In this document: positions 39,316 through 52,029 of the stretch, one piece after another | Numbering within the stretch: position 1 is the stretch's first letter | Layout: the number at the start of each line of letters is the position of its first letter | Origin: Octopus sinensis | Lineage: Eukaryota | DNA: 64,000 nt | Direction: 5' to 3' | Assembly: GCF_006345805.1 (NCBI RefSeq) | Contig: NC_042997.1 | Location: forward strand, 72,230,001 to 72,294,000 | Made by a program: the position numbers and the translations under genes | Notes under the pieces: model-generated | Database searches by the model: none | The model's input: only the letters and a program-made list of their open reading frames with translations | Told to the model about the DNA's origin: nothing

Positions 39316-40459
39316 GTGTGTGTTCTCTATGCTACCTGAATTAATTATTCTCATACGTCAACTTTCCTTTGCTTCAGTTCTGTCGTAAAATATATGTAGG
39401 CACGAGCCAGCCCAGAGACCCCTGCATAGACACTTGACTCGCAAGAAATAGCCAACAACTCGCTTTCAGATCACTCCTTAAAGTTTTAAAAAGGACATAA
39501 TGGATAGTGTTACGTAAGACATACCATGTTAAAATAAAAATCGGAATGATTATGAAAGGAATGCCTTTAGTAATAGGTTTGCTGTATCTGAGCCGGTATT
39601 AGACGCAACAGCAACATTTTCAAGTTGCAGTTTTTGTTCTTGATCTTCTAACTGGGCCTTCAAGATTACGGTTTAGGCAAATGAGAGGAAGAAACTACAA
39701 ATTATAGGCTGCTAAATCAGAAACTAGCACTTCAAGATACCCAGTTATCTTCAGAATCTGAATAAACATCCCAGAGTGGGGTCCGTTAAAGACATTTCCA
39801 AAATAAAAGTGGATGACGGATTAAGTTTAACTCCTAAAATAAGTTATGGCGTATCGGACGGGCTTCTTGCACAGTTACCATCACAAGGCTGCAACTAAAA
39901 GCATTTACCCAATGCGTCACACACTGGAATTGAAATCTACCCGTGTGATCGCACTATAATTTACTGATTTCGTCGTTATTGATTTTAATTGTTTAACTCC
40001 AGATGAGCCTCGATACGGAAGACTTATAATCAAAGGCGTTCCATATGGGACCATCCTCTCTTTTCACTGATAGTAGAATATGCTTTCGGCGTAGATTTGG
40101 ATGCAAGTGAAATGATTGCATAGAGCCTCGTTGTTGTTATTGTTGTTTTTGTTGTTTAAGCTTGATATAAACAAGGACGTTCTAGTCATGTTTATTCCGT
40201 CTTTTTGTCTTTTGTATCCGTTCCTATTTTTAAGATGGTATGGTATGATTTAAGGGAGTTTAGCTGCTACTTTTAACCGGTCGCCCAACCAGGAAGAAAT
40301 CCATCGCTCCATGGGTTTTAAGTGCATAGCTGAATGTTCCGGTCTGGAAAGGGGAAATTTCACTTCTACTATGTAATTAAACCCGCGAAACACCTTTAAC
40401 GGAACAAGCTAGGTTAAAACGATGACGTGGTTGGTTGGAGCGCGGCGATAGTAGTAGTA

Positions 40460-40549
40460 GAGAAGAAGAAGAAGAAGAAGAAGAAGAAGAAGAAGAAGAA
40501 GAAGAAGAAGAAGAAGAAGAAGAAGAAGAAGAAGAAGAAGAAGAAGAAG

Positions 40550-40578
<29 letters not shown>
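40460..40578. repeat. (GAA)n microsatellite
   Basis: Direct reading. Confidence 0.95.
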
Positions 40579-40580
<2 letters not shown>

Positions 40581-41082
40581 TTTACAGAAAAAAGAAAATT
40601 TATTTTGCATTTTTCTTTTTTTGTATTTTTGTCGCTGATGACACCTTTTAAGTAGACGATGCGGTCACCATCAGAGGACAGCTGTGTTTAGATTGTTATA
40701 GTCTAAAATAAACTCCCATCAACCAGATTCAAGGCATAAATGAGAAAAATAAAAATGTTAATGTCATAAATTATTTGGCAGATGTCAGATTATTCTGTTA
40801 TGCTATTGTTTTATGTAAATATACATAGTCCTATGATTAATGTTTTTGCTCAAAATATAGCCAGTGGTATCAGGAAAATGACCCAGTCATAACCTTATCA
40901 CTAAAGCAATGTTTTTAAATTTCGTGTTTACCTTCTTTTATTTCTATTTTTTCTCTCCAAAAACAGTAGTTATTTATCGTCTCTTTGTAAATGGAACGTT
41001 CATACATGTTTGACACTTTCTTCACTCTGATTCCAGGTCAAAACTTCGAACCGTGGCTTTCAAGTGTAAAATGTGTGGTAGA

Positions 41083-41483
41083 GGCGAGCGTAGCCGTGTG
41101 AAAAGAACTATGCTTCTTAACCACATAGTTTCGGGTTCAGTCCCACTGCGTGGCATCTTGGGAAAGTGTCTTCTACTTCAGCCTCGGGTCCTTGTGAGTT
41201 GACTTAATAGACGGAAACTAAAAGAAGTTTGCCATATATGTGTTTGCGTGAATGTGTGTGTGTGCGCGCGTGTGTGTGCATATGTGTGTATGTGTCCCAC
41301 CACCACTTGAAAACTGATGTTGGTTTGTTTACATTCCCATAATCTAGCGTTTCGGCAAGAGAAACGGATAGAATAAGTACCGATACTTAAAGAAAAGAAA
41401 ACAGAACTAGGATTGAAACGTTCGACTAAAAGGTGGGGACCCCGCATGGCCGCAGTTCAATGACTGAAACAAGCAAAAGATAA
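41083..41483 (+). mobile_element. SINE family A
   Basis: Head, core and tail are present. Confidence 0.85.
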
Positions 41484-42126
41484 TGTGGTGATAGATAGTA
41501 ATAAAATAAAATAAAAAATAAAATGTGTATTAGATAAAATAAAACAAGAAACGAAATAAGAAACCTTATGTAGTGAATCTTCCATGCATGAAGTGGAATC
41601 GATCCACCACAGCCAAATTTAAATTAACACTGCAACAGAACTTTTCCCACGGTAGAACAATGGTTTTTCTCTGACAGCAGTTTTACATTTTCCAGATGCC
41701 TTTAGCTAGGCGGAAATAATGTCTTCACTACTGGACCCTTTCTAACCTCTTCTACTTCACCAAAAGCTAGAATAGAGATAACAAGATCACCAACTAAATC
41801 TATTGTTCTCAATAATATATCTATCCTTCTGGATCTTAATATAAGTAAGCAAACCCCAAGCAAAAATCAGTTCGTCAAAGTCGTGACGACTCAACGGAGT
41901 TAGTCACAGTCGGTGACGACTCAACGAAGTCTGGCTGACCATCTAGAACTTTGGTCAGAGGGAGAAAGCAACTGCGAGATAAGACCCTACAATTCTCTCT
42001 AGCTCTAATTCTGTTCTCTTACAACATCATTCTATCTGTCTCTGTAATTACTACTAAACAATGAAGAGGACACAAACACAAACTTAACTTCGCATGTTTT
42101 TGGATCGATCATAACATCGAGGCATT

Positions 42127-42433
42127 TGTAACGTAACGGTAAATAAATACTTTCTTAAAACTTCATGCATCGTTCATCTTTCACATCCTACAGTAAGCAA
42201 TTATAACAACAAATTTCTATCGTTGCATCTGCTGACCACAACATTTCATAATATTGTCAACTAACATAGGCGTAAGAGTGGCTGTGTGGTAAGTAGCTTG
42301 CTAACCAACCACATAGTCCCGGGTTCAGTCCCACTGCGTGGCATCTTGGGCAAGTGTCTTCTGCTATAGCCCCGGGCCGACCAATGCCTTGTGAGTGGAT
42401 TTGGTTGACGGAAACTGAAAGAAGCCTGTCGTA

Positions 42434-42507
<74 letters not shown>

Positions 42508-43130
42508 ATGTGTGTGTGTTTGTGTGTGTGCTGTGTTTGTCCCCCTAGCATTGCTTGACAACCGATGCTGGTGTGTTTACGTCCACGTCACTTAGCGGTT
42601 CGACAAAAGAGACCGATAGAATAAGTACTGGGCTTACAAAGAATAAGTCTCGGGGTCGATTTGCTCGACTAAAGGCGGTGCTCCAGCATGGCCGCAGTCA
42701 AAATGACTGAAACAAGTAAAAGAGTAAAAGCGTAACCAATTTCTGCCGTTACAATTGGTGACCCGTAAAAAAGAATCGCTGCCTTCTGAAACTGCAATAC
42801 CATCGTGTAAATAGAATCACTACCTTCCGATGCTACATGCCACTGCACTTTTGCTAACTTCGAACTATGGAACTAGATTATCAACAGTTGCTGAACCAAG
42901 GGAAAATGATAACCTTCGTCACCACCAGGATGCACCCTCCATCGACCTGCTACAGAGAGCACTATACTGCGATAATCTACGCTGCACTTCACAACAATGC
43001 AACACTGCCGACTCACAATGAATGCCGCCAATAAATGCTTCATTTCAACAGCTACATGCCCAGAAACTAACAGGGTGAAATTACGGAAGCCCGCACAAAC
43101 AACCTTTTCGGCACACACACGCTTTTCGTC
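42127..43130 (+). mobile_element. Putative LTR-retrotransposon 5' LTR with primer-binding site, interrupted by a SINE
   Basis: Inverted termini TGTAACG (42127) and CGTTACA (42753), followed by AT-TGGTGACCCG (PBS-like). The true LTR 5' boundary may lie further upstream; no clear gag/pol was read. Confidence 0.5.
42268..42730 (+). mobile_element. SINE family A, well preserved
   Basis: Nearly identical to the copies at 14459 and 51465. Confidence 0.92.
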
Positions 43131-43344
43131 TCGTCCCGACGTATAAACCGTGTATTGTCTATGAACTTTTACACGTACATAAGACTCTCACATAGACTTT
43201 CAACAACTCTTTTTCTTTGCATGCACATCTTTTCACTTTCAGCAGTAGACTTTTAATAAAGGACATTATTTTTAGTTAAGTTTGTTATTTTTGCTTATTT
43301 TATTGTTCTATTTGCACTGCATACTTTCAACTGTCTACGAGTTA

Positions 43345-43408
43345 CACACATTCCGCGAAGCACACATTCCGCGAAGTACACATACCGCGATGCACATATT
43401 CCGCGATG
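43345..43408. repeat. 16-bp tandem repeat x4 (cacacattccgcgaag)
   Basis: Direct reading; 1-2 variant bases per unit. Confidence 0.9.
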
Positions 43409-45070
43409 CTAGAAAGAGCAGCCTAATACCCTTCACAGTACACCTCCGATAGTAAAAAAAAAGAGAATACGTTAGATAGTGTGGTTCAAGGTATACTATG
43501 CCCCCAAAATATTGGGATGGGCATAAGTGGAATGTCTTTGAATATTGGGTCTGTTCGATTAGGATTAATCAACAACATGACAGCTCACAACAAACAAGGT
43601 AGCCTTACGTGGTCACGGGACCGGTTAGATTTTGTAGTCATATTCTCTCAAATCATGCTTAAAAAAATCGATGGATATATTGGACAATGTAGTCTTAGAT
43701 AAGGTCGTAGTAGGAACACCTTTGACCGTATTCCTTTTCAAAGCTAACCGTAGCTTAAACATCAACTTCACATTGATCTTACGAAAGTGAATTGATTCAT
43801 GGCGCTATATTCGTAAGAGTTAGCCATGGACGATCCCTTTTCTTCATACACCCTTCCATAACCATCCTCTATTTTCTCCCTTCCGTTTTCCATTTCAGAA
43901 GTTGAAACTGATGATGCAAAATGTAGCACTCATTTGCTTAGAATCAGATATTACACGTCTTTCACAATCTATCAGATATCGTATCTTGGCTTAGTTCCCA
44001 TGATGCCTCTCATCCACCTCAGCCTGCCGAATATTTTCCATGCCTTTATGCACACGCCTTTGCTTGAATAACACAGTCGTCATTTTTAGTAGGCCAAGTG
44101 ACATCCTAGCCGCTTCCGCTTTTTCTGCAAATTTTTTCTAACTTCTAACTTGTATTTAATAGTTAACTACTAAACAACGTATCTAGTATTATGCTTGCTA
44201 CTGATATTTCCTTACTATACCTTCCCGGTTCTGCTCTAATTTTCCCTTTCAAACCTACCTCATTTGGACTATTTACTACTGCTCCCGTAGTTTCCGCTTA
44301 ACTACTAACTCCAATTCACTAATTTCGTTCCTCTAGGTATGAATGTATCGTGTACGGTGTGAGAACATCGTAAACTATGCATTCGTATTGTTCTGCACAC
44401 ACTGTGGCATAGACGGCCACTATATTCAGGTCAGTACCTTGATTGTTACTCACTTCAAGAACAACTGACTTACAGTCTGGATCCGAAGGAATCGTCTATA
44501 CTTCGAGGCAACAACTTTTCTTAAACACTACACTCTCCTTACATGACCCTAGCCTTCCGAAAGATACACACACCTCGTAGTCAGTAGTGCTTATTGGAAG
44601 ACCTAGCCTCATAGAACCGCATCTAAATCAAGTGACCTGAGGTTGTTCAGTAGGTAGCCCGGTTTTAAACACCTGAACAAGGCCACGAACATTCAAACAT
44701 CCAATCTTCAATCATAGTCATGTTGCAGTCGACGAGACTATAAAATATTTTTCTATTGGATTCTGCCAAATAACAAAGGTTTCACATTAGCCCAACAATG
44801 ATTTTCCTCACATCCTCTCAAAATAGTTGTTTTATCTGTTGATAGACCGTGGCTGTTGTCCTCATCATAAGTCTATCCTCCAATATTTTGTGGAAGTATC
44901 CCTTTGCTACCTACTAGTGAAACACTGGAGTCGATGTAATCGATTAGTCCCCTCCCAACAAAATTTTAGGCCTTGTGCCTTTAGTAGAAAGGATTTTTTT
45001 TCCCTTTGGTAGATCTTAATTCCCGGTTTTTCTTTACTAGAAAGCGAGTAATAGCAAATTACCATGGGTT

Positions 45071-46050
45071 TCAAGTAAGAGACAAGACTTTCCTTAAGAT
45101 ACGAGCTTGAACCCAATAAAACAAATTTTCTGGATCGCTTCAAGCCTGATAATAACTCTCGATATGCTTTTCAAACTCCTTAGAGACTGCTCCCAACACT
45201 CCAATTACTACCACTATCACAATCACTATCCTCATACCCGCAAAGCTTTCCTATCTCGTTCCTTAGCTGCTAGTATTTCTTTTCTTTATCTTTCACCTTC
45301 GAAACACCTGCTTTTGCAACATTTATGATCTTCACCACTTTTTCACTTTTATCGATGAGCACAATATCATTGTATATTAATATCCCAGCGGATTTTGTGT
45401 TTTTTACCAGTACCCATTCTTGCTTGTGCTCATACAGTCGCTCGACTTTCTCAAAGTTTGCTTTATCACACAGCTGTCACCGAAAGTCTGCCATCTTTCT
45501 TCAGTCTCTGTTTCATACCCTTATCGCAAAAGAATAGACTAGTACAACTACTGGAAAAGGAATTAACTCGGTTTCTTGTCCTCGACTTCCTTGTCAGCTT
45601 TCTGATCATCGGCTCTTTGAACTGAGGAAGAGATTATCTCTTCCGCCGTTACCGGAGCTGCAACCGACCGTATCCTTATAACACAAGCATCCGTAACCTG
45701 TTTTTGTTGTTTTTCTCCTCTTGTCTTTCGACATCCTCCGGATCGAAAGATCCCCAAGTGGTTCTTGCAGTCACACATGTAACAGCTTGGCTTTCTATTC
45801 TTTTATTTCTACACTCGATAAATCACAGCTTCGTTGTTTTTGGCAGTCATTAGAACTGCCTTTCCATGCAAACCCTAACCGTTTCTAACTACCTCGGCAC
45901 TTACCACCTACCTGTACTGTACCAAAAACGTGACAACGACCTAATGGTCAACGCCATTACCCATACCCTTTATCGTAACATTGTGTTAAGTTTTCCCAAG
46001 TATTGTGGAATGAGACTCTGAACCGGTGCGTAAAGCAGCAGCTTGGCCTG
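45071..46050 (-). mobile_element. R4/Dong-like non-LTR retrotransposon 3' end (restriction-like endonuclease)
   Basis: PSCYMC zinc-knuckle region, RLYEHKQEWVL, DIVLIDKSEKVVKIINVA (PD..D-like), VVVIGVLGAVSKEFEKHIE, ARILRKVL*. Confidence 0.82.
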
Positions 46051-46737
46051 TTTTTCTTGGCTCGACTTGTTTTTCTTGGTATATCCTTAGTTTTAAGTAC
46101 TGTACTCAGTTTTGTATGCTCTGCTCTGGTTAGAGCCGCGAACAATTATTCTTTTCTAGTGTATGAGAAAAGCCTTTGTGGCTTTCGAGATACAGAAATG
46201 TGTTTTCATTCTCGTTGTCGATCAGAAACTGATAGAGGTACACCTGCCATTGTCACATGTCTATGTCAGGCACTTTTTTCTGCCAGGTGATTTTATGTCC
46301 AGAGAGTATTTATTAGTAACTGCATTAACGAAAAATGAAATCAGATCATCCTTTTTTTTTCCTGCTTAATTACATGACACTTTCTTTCGTTTGACAAAAT
46401 ATTTGTGTGTCTAGTTATTCGTGTTACTATATTGTTCAAAATAATTACTTATTTAAAAAACAATCTCGTGAAATACGTGTATTTTGCTGAGAAACCTTTT
46501 TCTTTTCTTTTTTCTTACTGCCTGCAGTCCAGAAAATGTTTTCTAATATTGTCTTCTAGAAAGCCTGTTGCTAATTTTACGAGTGGAAGAAAATTTGCTC
46601 CTGCAAATTAAAGAATAAGAACAAGAAATTAAATTTTCTTTATAATGTTGTTTGATAAAATCCGTGACTGACAGCGAAGAACATTTAAACTACAGAAAAA
46701 GTAAAATCATTAGAATGTCGAACAAAATGTTTTGCGG

Positions 46738-47045
46738 CACTTCTTCTGGCTCTTTATGTTCTAAGCTCAAATACTGCCAACTAACTTTTAGGGGTTGATA
46801 AAATTAAGTACCAATTAAGCACTAGGGTCAATGTAATCGACAAAACCCTCTCCTTAAAACTGCTGGCCTTAAACAGCAAAATTTGAAACCATTATAATTA
46901 ACAGCAATTTTGAGAGGAGGCTATTAGTCAGTACCATTGACCCCCAGTACTTGATTAGTACTTTACATTACCGACAGGATTTGAGCTCAGAACATAAAGA
47001 GTCGGAATATTGCAAAACATTTTTGCGACGCTCTAACGATTCTGA
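46738..47045. mobile_element. Two SINE family B fragments in opposite orientation
   Basis: A + copy at about 46738-46892 and a - copy at about 46915-47045. Confidence 0.6.
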
Positions 47046-47648
47046 ACGAAGAAAGTATTAATCATCAAAACGATGATTATTCATGTCATAGCCTAATTCT
47101 TTTTGAGGGACAAAATTAGTTCTTTATTTTTGTAACTTCACGGTCGAATAATCTCATTACTATCATTAACAAGAACATTAATATTTAAGTGTCAATGAAT
47201 CTACTGAAGTGGAATTGTGAATGGTTTTGTTCATTCAAAATATCCGTTATGGAAGCTTTAAGAGGAAAATGACTACAGTGAATGTAACTACATCTAGTTG
47301 ACTGCCACTGGAAGTATCGATGTAGATTGTATACGATTAAATAGGTGCAGGCAAGGCTATGTGGTAAGAAGTTTGCTTCCAAAACACATGGTTCCGGGTT
47401 CAGTCCCACTGCGTGGCATCTTGGGCAAGTGTCTTCTACTAAAGCCTCGGGCTGACCAAAGCCTTGTGAGTGGATTTGGCAGACGGTAACTGAAAGAAAT
47501 CTGTCGTGTATATTATTATCATTATCATCCCCCTTTCATTCAGCATCTTTCTTCCGGCCATTTCATCATGTTGAACCGTTAATCGTTACACATTTTTTCT
47601 CTCTGCGTTTGTTTTCTTCATTCTCTCTCCATTTGTTCCCTCTTAATC

Positions 47649-47684
47649 CTTTCTGTCAAAAAGCGTAGACTTGAAACGTAAAAG
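47649..47684 (+). ncRNA. Very small, degenerate hammerhead-like motif in a pLTR-like repeat (about 47525-47775)
   Basis: CTTT-CTGTCAA-AAAGC-GTAG-ACTT-GAAA-CG-TA-AAAG. Stem I CTTT/AAAG; core is non-canonical. Confidence 0.35.
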
Positions 47685-47779
47685 ACTTTTCCATTCTTAC
47701 CAACTATTAAACTAATATACCTGCTTGTTGTTCCTACACCTGTTTTCGTCTTTTGCTTTCTGTAAATTTGAAATATGTG

Positions 47780-48659
47780 TGTGATTTGATCAATAAGTAT
47801 CCGGACTGTTGCTATATTAACGAAGCTAAAGCATGTAAAGTAAAGCCGCTTGGCACAGGTCGACCTTGAACTTTGCTGTGCATGCACACTAAGCTTTAAC
47901 ATTCTAACTCACTTCTGCTGTTTACAGCAGTACTTGGAAGGAAGGTATGTAGCGTGTGATCGTCACATTGACAATGACAGAGAAAGTTATCATGGCGATA
48001 CCTGCTCAGAGGCCTAAGCAAAGTTTCAGAAAGAGTATGGAGAGGAGTGTATAAGCCGCACACGTGTGTACGAGTGGTTCGGACGTTTCCAAGATAGCCG
48101 AAACATGTCAGTATTGACGAACGTTCTGGGAGACCCGCAACCAGCAGAACTGAGAAAAACATCGTAGATGTACGTGCAGCTGGTAGGGGAAATCGTCGAA
48201 TCACCATCCGTGAGTTATCAGATGATGTGCAGATTAGTTAAGGTTCAGTTCATTCCATTATCACTGAAGATTTAGGTATGAGACGCGTGTCTGCCAAATT
48301 TGCTTTTAGCTGACCAAAAATACACTTGGGTTTCAGTTGCACAAGATCTTCATTATGTTGAGAACGATGAAAACGTTTTGAAAACTTTGCGTAGGCTTCT
48401 GAGCAGATATCGCCAAGCTTTTGGCAAAATTTGATGCAGTTTCTCTGCTCAACTTTCTCTGTCATGGTCAATGCGACGATCAAACGATACACACGTTCCT
48501 TTCAAACACTGCTGTAAACAGTGGAAGTGAAGTAGAATGTTAAAACTTAGTGCTCATGCACAGCAGAGTTCAAGGCCAATCTGTTCCAAGCGGTTTTACT
48601 CTCTGTGCTTCAGCTTCGTTACTTTAGCAACAGTCCGGATATTTATTGATCAGACCACG
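47780..48659. mobile_element. Mariner derivative made of two head-to-head 5' ends
   Basis: Both ends carry (G)GTCTGATCAATAA(G/A)TATCCGGACT plus about 250-290 bp of leader and MTEKV. The + half encodes ISRTRVYEWF..SGRP..RRITIREL..DLGMRRVSAKF; the - half encodes MTEKVEQRNCIKFCQKLG. Confidence 0.85.
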
Positions 48660-49315
48660 TGTACACACTTACATACACATGTGATTTTGCTTGTGTTTGT
48701 CCACCACCACCACCACCACCACCACTTGACAACCATTGTTGGTGTGTTTATATCCCCGTAACAGTGGTTCGGCAAAAGTGACCGGTAGAATAAATACCAG
48801 GTTTCAGATGAAAAAAGAAAATAAGTACTGGTGTCGATTAAATTCCTCAAGGTGGTGGCGCAGCACGGCTGCAGTCTAATGACTGAAACAAGTAAAAGAT
48901 AAATGCAAATATATTTTCAAGGCAGTGCCCCAGCATGGCCACAGTCCTATGATTGAAACAAGTATATGGTAATACTGTTGTCACTGATTTCAAGGGAGAA
49001 TACCGCAAAGTATTCTACATGATATATAAATGCGGCTCCATAATTTTAACGATTCGACAAAAGAAAGAACGATAGAATAAGTACGAGACTTTAACAAAAT
49101 AAATAAATATTGGGATCGATCTCCTCTGCTAAACCCTTCAAGCTTGGCCTCAATCCAGTGAGTGAAACAAGTAAAAGATAACGAAGAATTTAGCAAGAAA
49201 TTTGTATGGAAAGTTTTAACTTAGATCATTTTAAAACAAATAGTTTTTACCGTAGAAACAGGGACGGTTATGAGGCTGATTGGCATCAAAAGGGTTAATA
49301 TTATACTTACTCGAA

Positions 49316-49740
49316 AAGTGGCGAGCTGGCGCTAGCACGTCGGGCAAAATGCTTAATGGAATTTCGTCCGTTTTTATATTCTGAATTCAACTTTCGCTGA
49401 GGCTGACTTTGACTTTCATCCTTCCGGATAAGTACCAGTCGAACACTGGAGGCAATGTAATCAAATAACTCTCTCATCCGAATTTGCTGGCCTTGCGCCA
49501 AAATTTGAAATCATCATTACACTCACTCGAAAAGTGGAGAGCTGGCAGAATCGTTAGCACGTAGGGTAAAATGCTTAGCGTTCGTCTTCACGTTCTCAGT
49601 TCAAATTTCGCCAAGCTTGACTTTGCCTTTCATCCTTTTGGTGACGATAAAATAAGTACCGGTCGAGCACTGGAGTCGATGAAATCAGCTTATCCATCAC
49701 CTAAATCTGCTGGCCTTGTACCAAAATTTAAAACCAATAT
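49316..49740 (+). mobile_element. Two tandem SINE family B copies
   Basis: Both are preceded by actcgaaaagtgg; units start at about 49316 and 49533. Confidence 0.8.
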
Positions 49741-51464
49741 TACATTCACTCGCAGATCTTACGTGAATATATCTGTGTTGGGGTGACAAATTCGATAGCG
49801 TAGAGTTAGATTTATTGTCAATTTGCGTTTTAGAGATATATCCTAACAATACTTATCCAACACAAATGGTGGGTGTACTTGTGTTCTTCGAACACAAATA
49901 CACCCACTGTCACCCACTTTTAATCTTTAGTATAATACACCCAAATACAATCCTTCTCCTGATGCTTAGCCGTCTGCTAAACTTGCCTGCATTCGGTCAT
50001 TATTTCAAGTTGCAATCCAACGAACTGCATTCCTTAACATCTTTTCGAAAGACTCAAAACCTCGAGTTTTCGTTCACGATGTTGCATTATAATGACAAAC
50101 CAACGAGAGCACCTCTATTTGGTTGCTTAACCTATTATAATTAGCAATTAATGTCACTCAAATTAGTTTCTAACACCATAAAGGACCTAATGCATAGTCT
50201 GGCGAAAGCGATGTCAGAAAATATGACGGGATAATCATGACTAGAAAGTCTTTGTTCAAGGTTGTCTTGACATTCTTGCAATAAATATGACTATTCAGTT
50301 ATATATGTAATATCTTTTTTAAAAAAATCCTCAAGAAAGAAGTTTAAATGACGCCAGAAAGGAAGTTTCCTCTCAAAGCACTATATAAACCAACTTTGGC
50401 GGCAAGTGATCGTCAATGTAGGTAGTTTTCATATCTGGGCCGCGAATTAAAATAGGGCGTCAAACAAGCTTGTTTGGGTTGCTAAGACTTTATTAGACAA
50501 AATAAAATTATATTCGATCCTACAATCGTTTCTCGCCTGCAATTGTATACATTCTCCAACTTTCCCGTAAAAACATTTTTTCACCCTTACAACAATATCT
50601 TTCTCTTTCCTATTTTTTTTTTTACTTTTTTTAATGATTTTAGCAGAATTCTGGACTTATTAAATGTTAATATTATTTTGTATGTAGTCAAAAATAAAAA
50701 TTAAAAGTATCTTCATAAAATATTAATATATAAAACGGCTTTAAAAGTTTACCGATCGTGCTACTGATTTATCATTATTTCCTGTTATTTAATTATACAT
50801 TATTCGAAACATAATTTTAAGGCTAAAACAATGTTAGAGTATATTAAAATCGCGAAGTTCATGATATGACTCAGAAAGAAGCGTATATAACCCTGTTCTC
50901 ATAGACAGCTTTTTTCAGATGATTGAAGCGATAAGGTAAGGGGCAACAAACGAAGGATTCCGTGGGTCAAAGCCTTGCATAGTGTTGTCGATGAAAGAAG
51001 TGAAGTTCTAATTTGTTACCGTTGTGTAGTGCCGGGGTTAGCTCTGATTAAGTAGGGCTAAGGCATGTGAGCAGTCGAAAGGACATGTTAGATGTGATCC
51101 ACAAACCTGTTATTTCAGATATCGTACCATGTCTCAACTTTTCCGGGGCTCACACAGCACACTCCGACATGGTGTGAGGAATTGATGAGGTGCAGCGTGA
51201 CAATCTTGACATGTTCTATCTACTGTTCCTTCTAATCATCCATATCTAATGTTATTGTTTTAGAACCAGGTCAACTCTCATCCAAGAAACCTATGAACGA
51301 AATCAATCCGGTCATGACTATCCCAAATTCTAGGAACATTTATCACATGGATAGAATGTGATTTGAGAGGATTTGGCCACTATTTCTTGAAGGTCAAATG
51401 ACTATGTAGATGTTCTCTCGTTGGTCAATTTGTACACCTGTTTCTGTTGGTCAAATATGGTATC

Positions 51465-51852
51465 TTTCTCTTTTCTCTTTTACTTGTTTCAGTCATTTGA
51501 CTGCGGCCATGCTGGAGCACCGCCTTTAGTCGAGCAAATCGACCCCGGGACTTATTCTTTGCAAGCCCAGTACTTATTCTATCGGTCTCTTTTGCCGAAC
51601 CGCTTAGTGACGGGGACGTAAACACACCAGCATCGGTTGTCAAGCAATGCTAGGGGGACAAACACAGACACACACTTACATATATATACGACAGGCTTCT
51701 TTCAGTTTCCGTCTACCAAATCTACTCACAAGGCATTGGTCGGCCTGGGGCTATAGCAGAAGACACTTGCCAAAGATGCCACGCAGTGGGACTGAACCCG
51801 GAACCAATGTGGTTGGTTAGCAAGCTACTTACCACACAGCCACTCCTGCGCC
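51465..51852 (-). mobile_element. SINE family A
   Basis: Reverse complement of the family consensus. Confidence 0.9.
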
Positions 51853-52029
51853 TGTGATTACTTTAAACACATTTGTTCCTACGTTTGCTTTCTTTCTTGT
51901 CTTCTGTGTATGTTGTCAATGCCACATCATGGTTTTGTAACTCTTGATTACGTATGCAACGTTTATGCTATTGAATGTAACTTTTATGGTAAAAAGGGAT
52001 ACAGTAAATTTAGCCGGTGATACTTGAGT

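Larger units (their letters stand above)
47344..48905 (+). mobile_element. SINE family A split by nested insertions (head 47344-47510, tail about 48685-48905)
   Basis: Head and tail are collinear and separated by a pLTR-like piece and a mariner derivative. Confidence 0.75.

Noticed and set aside
40635-40680. CTGATGA with a nearby inverted CATCAG
   Set aside because: No GAAA box or stem III; a short chance inverted match.
42756-42783. PBS resemblance to a bacterial tRNA-Glu 3' end (TGGTGACCCGTA)
   Set aside because: The match is too short to imply bacterial origin; a host tRNA primer is the simpler explanation.
43830-44110. Possible RTE 3' remnant (RLRWMRGIMG, MEG) on minus
   Set aside because: Too degraded to call with confidence.
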